IMG/VR virus record: IMGVR_UViG_3300029911_000010
Location: 32,001-96,000 of that record
Strand: one strand, 5' to 3'
DNA length: 64,000 bases
Source: a virus
Both the position numbers and the translations under genes were made by a program. This document shows, piece after piece, positions 63,511 to 64,000 of the stretch. Each line of letters starts with the position of its first letter. Position 1 is the stretch's first letter. The notes beneath the pieces are model-generated. The model had not been told where the DNA came from. It did no database searches and was given only the letters and a program-made list of their open reading frames with translations.

Positions 63511-63982
63511 ATGCCGCCTCTTGTCCGTGTGCAGCCTCAGCGTGACCTTCCGAAGCCACGGCGATGGCGGCTTCGATACATGATCCGGCTATCAACCCGT
63601 AAGGCACGCAAACGTTCTCCAGAATCCACGGACCGAAACGATGGTCTATCTCAAGAAACAATTCTTTGTTAGTAAAACTATGTCCAACCGTCCGGTAGAA
63701 CTCACGCAGCTCATCGGCCTTGTCGCGGTACCACTGTTTCACTTCTTCGGTCAGTTGTAACGGTGACTCGTACTTACCCATGTGTCGCTGTAACACTTCG
63801 CTCTGGGCACGGCGCATCATGTAGTCCAGCATTTTATCGATTCGCTTATCGTGCTGGTGGACTAACGTCTCCAACACTCCGAACTTAGCCGCTTGCCGTA
63901 CTAGAAACAATATAACGAGTACGAATCCAGCGAAAACCGAACCAGCCATACCGATAATTGTCAGACCGACTTCTATCGTCAT
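63500..63982 (-). CDS. N-terminally anchored membrane protein with coiled coil (holin-like)
   Basis: One N-terminal TM, AAGGAG RBS, overlaps PAS gene. Confidence 0.6.
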   Translation of the reverse strand: MTIEVGLTIIGMAGSVFAGFVLVILFLVRQAAKFGVLETLVHQHDKRIDKMLDYMMRRAQSEVLQRHMGKYESPLQLTEEVKQWYRDKADELREFYRTVGHSFTNKELFLEIDHRFGPWILENVCVPYGLIAGSCIEAAIAVASEGHAEAAHGQEAAYGQ

Positions 63983-64000
63983 TTCTGTACTCCTTTGCTT

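Noticed and set aside
1-64000. Host assignment (Planctomycetota suspected from CsrA and alpha-CTD style)
   Set aside because: Impression only; needs phylogeny or spacer matches

Overview
A 64-kb segment of a large, GC-rich tailed (myovirus-like) phage genome, almost entirely on the minus strand. It holds a virion module (tail sheath start, neck and tail-completion genes, HK97-type major capsid, decoration protein, probable scaffold, assemblin-type prohead protease, many probable internal-head proteins rich in a K-x-A motif). It also encodes a multi-subunit RNA polymerase (beta fused to beta'-N, separate beta'-C, three inteins), an intein-containing class II ribonucleotide reductase, an InPase-GNAT-LigD-PE-ATP-ligase polyprotein, a 2H phosphoesterase, four glycosyltransferases, a DIT1/PvcA-like enzyme, a stand-alone RNAP alpha-CTD, a stand-alone FixL-like PAS protein, an intact and a broken HNH gene, and a tRNA-Pro(CGG). 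Main discovery: the only convincing plus-strand protein gene encodes a tandem, single-chain CsrA behind a sigma70-type promoter. Twelve other genes, mostly virion genes, plus csrA itself carry CsrA-type ANGGAN/AGGAN-loop hairpins over their ribosome-binding sites, often in pairs, with stems that differ in sequence but keep pairing. This suggests a phage-encoded translational switch for late genes. Second: an in-frame GGC-TGA-GGT interrupts the RNAP catalytic-lysine motif between two inteins, a candidate stop-hopping/recoding site or an assembly error. All calls come from reading motifs by eye; no searches were run.
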